From an uncultured bacterium (GTDB lineage Bacteria > Omnitrophota > Omnitrophia > Omnitrophales > Aquincolibacteriaceae), in the NCBI GenBank assembly GCA_964434115.1, contig CAYSSX010000004.1:175688-239687 (forward strand): a stretch of 64,000 nucleotides of DNA, given 5' to 3'. The translations under genes were made by a program, and so were the position numbers. The notes under the pieces were generated by a model. It was not told where the DNA came from. It saw only the letters and a program-made list of their open reading frames with translations, and ran no database searches. This document shows, piece by piece, positions 63,060 to 64,000 of this stretch (position 1 is its first letter; each line of letters starts with the position of its first letter).

Positions 63060-64000
63060 ATGAAAAAATTCACTGCCTTGCTGGCTTTTCTTTTCTTACT
63101 GCCGGTTTGCGCCTGGTCCATGGCCCAGCGGCCTCCCTTGCCCGAAACAAAAACCCCGGCCGAGGAACCGCAGCTGCCCCCGCTTTCCCTTGAGGAATGC
63201 TACGAACTTGCCTTGAAACAAAGTGAAACCATTGCCATCAAAAATCTCGACATTGAAAAATCGTGGTCGGATTTCCTCAAAGCCACGGGGGAAGTGATCG
63301 GCGACGGCAAATTCGTGATGACCGATTACTTTATTGAACCTCAGGGAAACAACGGCAGTGCGGACTCCGGCGCCACGGGAAATGCCTTCCGCCCGGAAAG
63401 CCGCGCTAAAACCTTTGTGATTTCCCAGCCGCTTTTCCAGGGCCTCAAAGAAGTGGCCGCGGTCGCGGGCGCGGGCAATCTCCGCAAGCAGCGCGAAAAC
63501 GAAGCCAAACGCGCGCGGCAGCTTTTGTTCAACGATGTTTCAAGCGCCTTTTTTTCCGTGCTGAAATCCCAGCATGACCTGGCCATCAATCAGGAAATCC
63601 TCACGCTTTATCAAGACAGGATCAAAGACCTGGATGAACGCGAAAAAATCGGAAAGTCCCGTTCCAGCGAAGTGGCCACGGCAAAATCCCGTATGAAAGC
63701 CATTGAAGCCGATGTCTCGGGCATCCGCGGAACACTGGCTTTTCAAAAACGACTGCTCGAATTCCTCACCGGAACCCCCTTGAAAAACCGCGGTCTTGTC
63801 GATGATCAGCAGCAGCTTGACCGTCCCGGAGACCTGGACACCTACCTTGAAAGTGTGGATGAACGCGCGGATGTGCGGGCCGCCCATCACGCGGCCAAAG
63901 TCCGTTTTCAAAATATTGTCTCCACCCAAAGCGCGATCTGGCCCCAGCTTTCACTCGACGCCAATCTCTATGAACAGCGTGAAGGTTTTCAGTCCGGCAT
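63060..64000 (+). CDS. TolC-family outer-membrane efflux protein (N-terminal part; continues beyond window end)
   Basis: MKKFTALLAFLFLLPVCAWS signal peptide, ...LSLEECYELALKQSETIAIKNLDIEKS... TolC/OprM-type N-terminal repeat. Not in the ORF track because it is open at the window end. Confidence 0.7.
   Translation, partial: MKKFTALLAFLFLLPVCAWSMAQRPPLPETKTPAEEPQLPPLSLEECYELALKQSETIAIKNLDIEKSWSDFLKATGEVIGDGKFVMTDYFIEPQGNNGSADSGATGNAFRPESRAKTFVISQPLFQGLKEVAAVAGAGNLRKQRENEAKRARQLLFNDVSSAFFSVLKSQHDLAINQEILTLYQDRIKDLDEREKIGKSRSSEVATAKSRMKAIEADVSGIRGTLAFQKRLLEFLTGTPLKNRGLVDDQQQLDRPGDLDTYLESVDERADVRAAHHAAKVRFQNIVSTQSAIWPQLSLDANLYEQREGFQSG

Noticed and set aside
1-64000. CRISPR arrays, tRNA, rRNA, tmRNA, RNase P, SRP RNA
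   Set aside because: No regularly spaced direct repeats were found. No GGTTCGA(A/T)TCC-type T-arm or cloverleaf candidates were noticed. No matches to the conserved cores of RNase P (GAAAGUCCGGGCUCC), SRP RNA (GGAAGGAAGCAGCC) or tmRNA tag-encoding regions were seen by eye. A formal tRNAscan/Infernal run is still needed.

Overview
This 64 kb window is bacterial, about 55-60% GC in genes with AT-rich intergenic DNA, and most genes lie on the minus strand. Many adjacent genes overlap by 4 nt (ATGA or GTGA stop/start overlaps), which suggests operons with translational coupling. The taxon cannot be assigned from sequence alone. The gene content (GH57 enzymes, DUF4912, PEGA and DUF1653 proteins, many secreted hypotheticals) suggests an uncultivated lineage.

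Recognisable content, in window order:
- 1-2048: the 5' part of a class I ribonucleotide reductase alpha subunit, running off the window start.
- 2.5-11 kb: a SufT-like DUF59 protein, an ABC ATPase, ArfB, an ABC-2 exporter, an ADP-forming acetyl-CoA synthetase, and pirin.
- 11-25 kb: MscS, a pyruvate kinase / CspA / CheY-like receiver block, OsmC, an FMN reductase, a NUDIX hydrolase, and GST-DoxX-SMI1/KNR4-lipoprotein. Several operons of small secreted or membrane hypothetical proteins are interspersed.
- 25.4-30.9 kb: a polyphosphate operon (sixA-like, ROK kinase, ppx, ppk1) followed by a small transmembrane peptide.
- 31.2 kb: a lone Flp-type pilin.
- 31.5-41.9 kb: an alpha-glucan operon (GH13 glgB, glgP, DUF4912, GH57 branching enzyme, a small wHTH protein, GH57 hydrolase).
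- 42.0-47.1 kb: a histidine kinase / response regulator / hybrid kinase cluster.
- 47.3-53.5 kb: a PEGA protein, a processive GT2 synthase, a GH13-like enzyme and a second copy of the small wHTH protein, with a divergent MFS transporter.
- 56.4-61.7 kb: exbB-exbD-TPR followed by a TonB-anchor-like VWA protein.
- 63.06 kb onward: the start of a TolC-like outer-membrane protein behind a sigma-70-like promoter with a palindromic operator.

The most unusual signal is a family of short palindromic repeat elements:
- The terminal inverted repeats are GGTACCGGGTACC / GGTACCCGGTACC.
- Some copies carry a central GGGGACAGGTAAC...GTTACCTGTCCCC palindrome.
- They occur at six or more loci; two copies are embedded in-frame inside an ABC ATPase coding sequence.
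- Other copies create artificial N-terminal extensions when ORFs are called naively.

A second ~57-60 bp repeat occurs twice, 3' of two operons, and varies between copies. Several intrinsic terminators and one promoter/operator are called. No tRNA, rRNA or CRISPR array was found.
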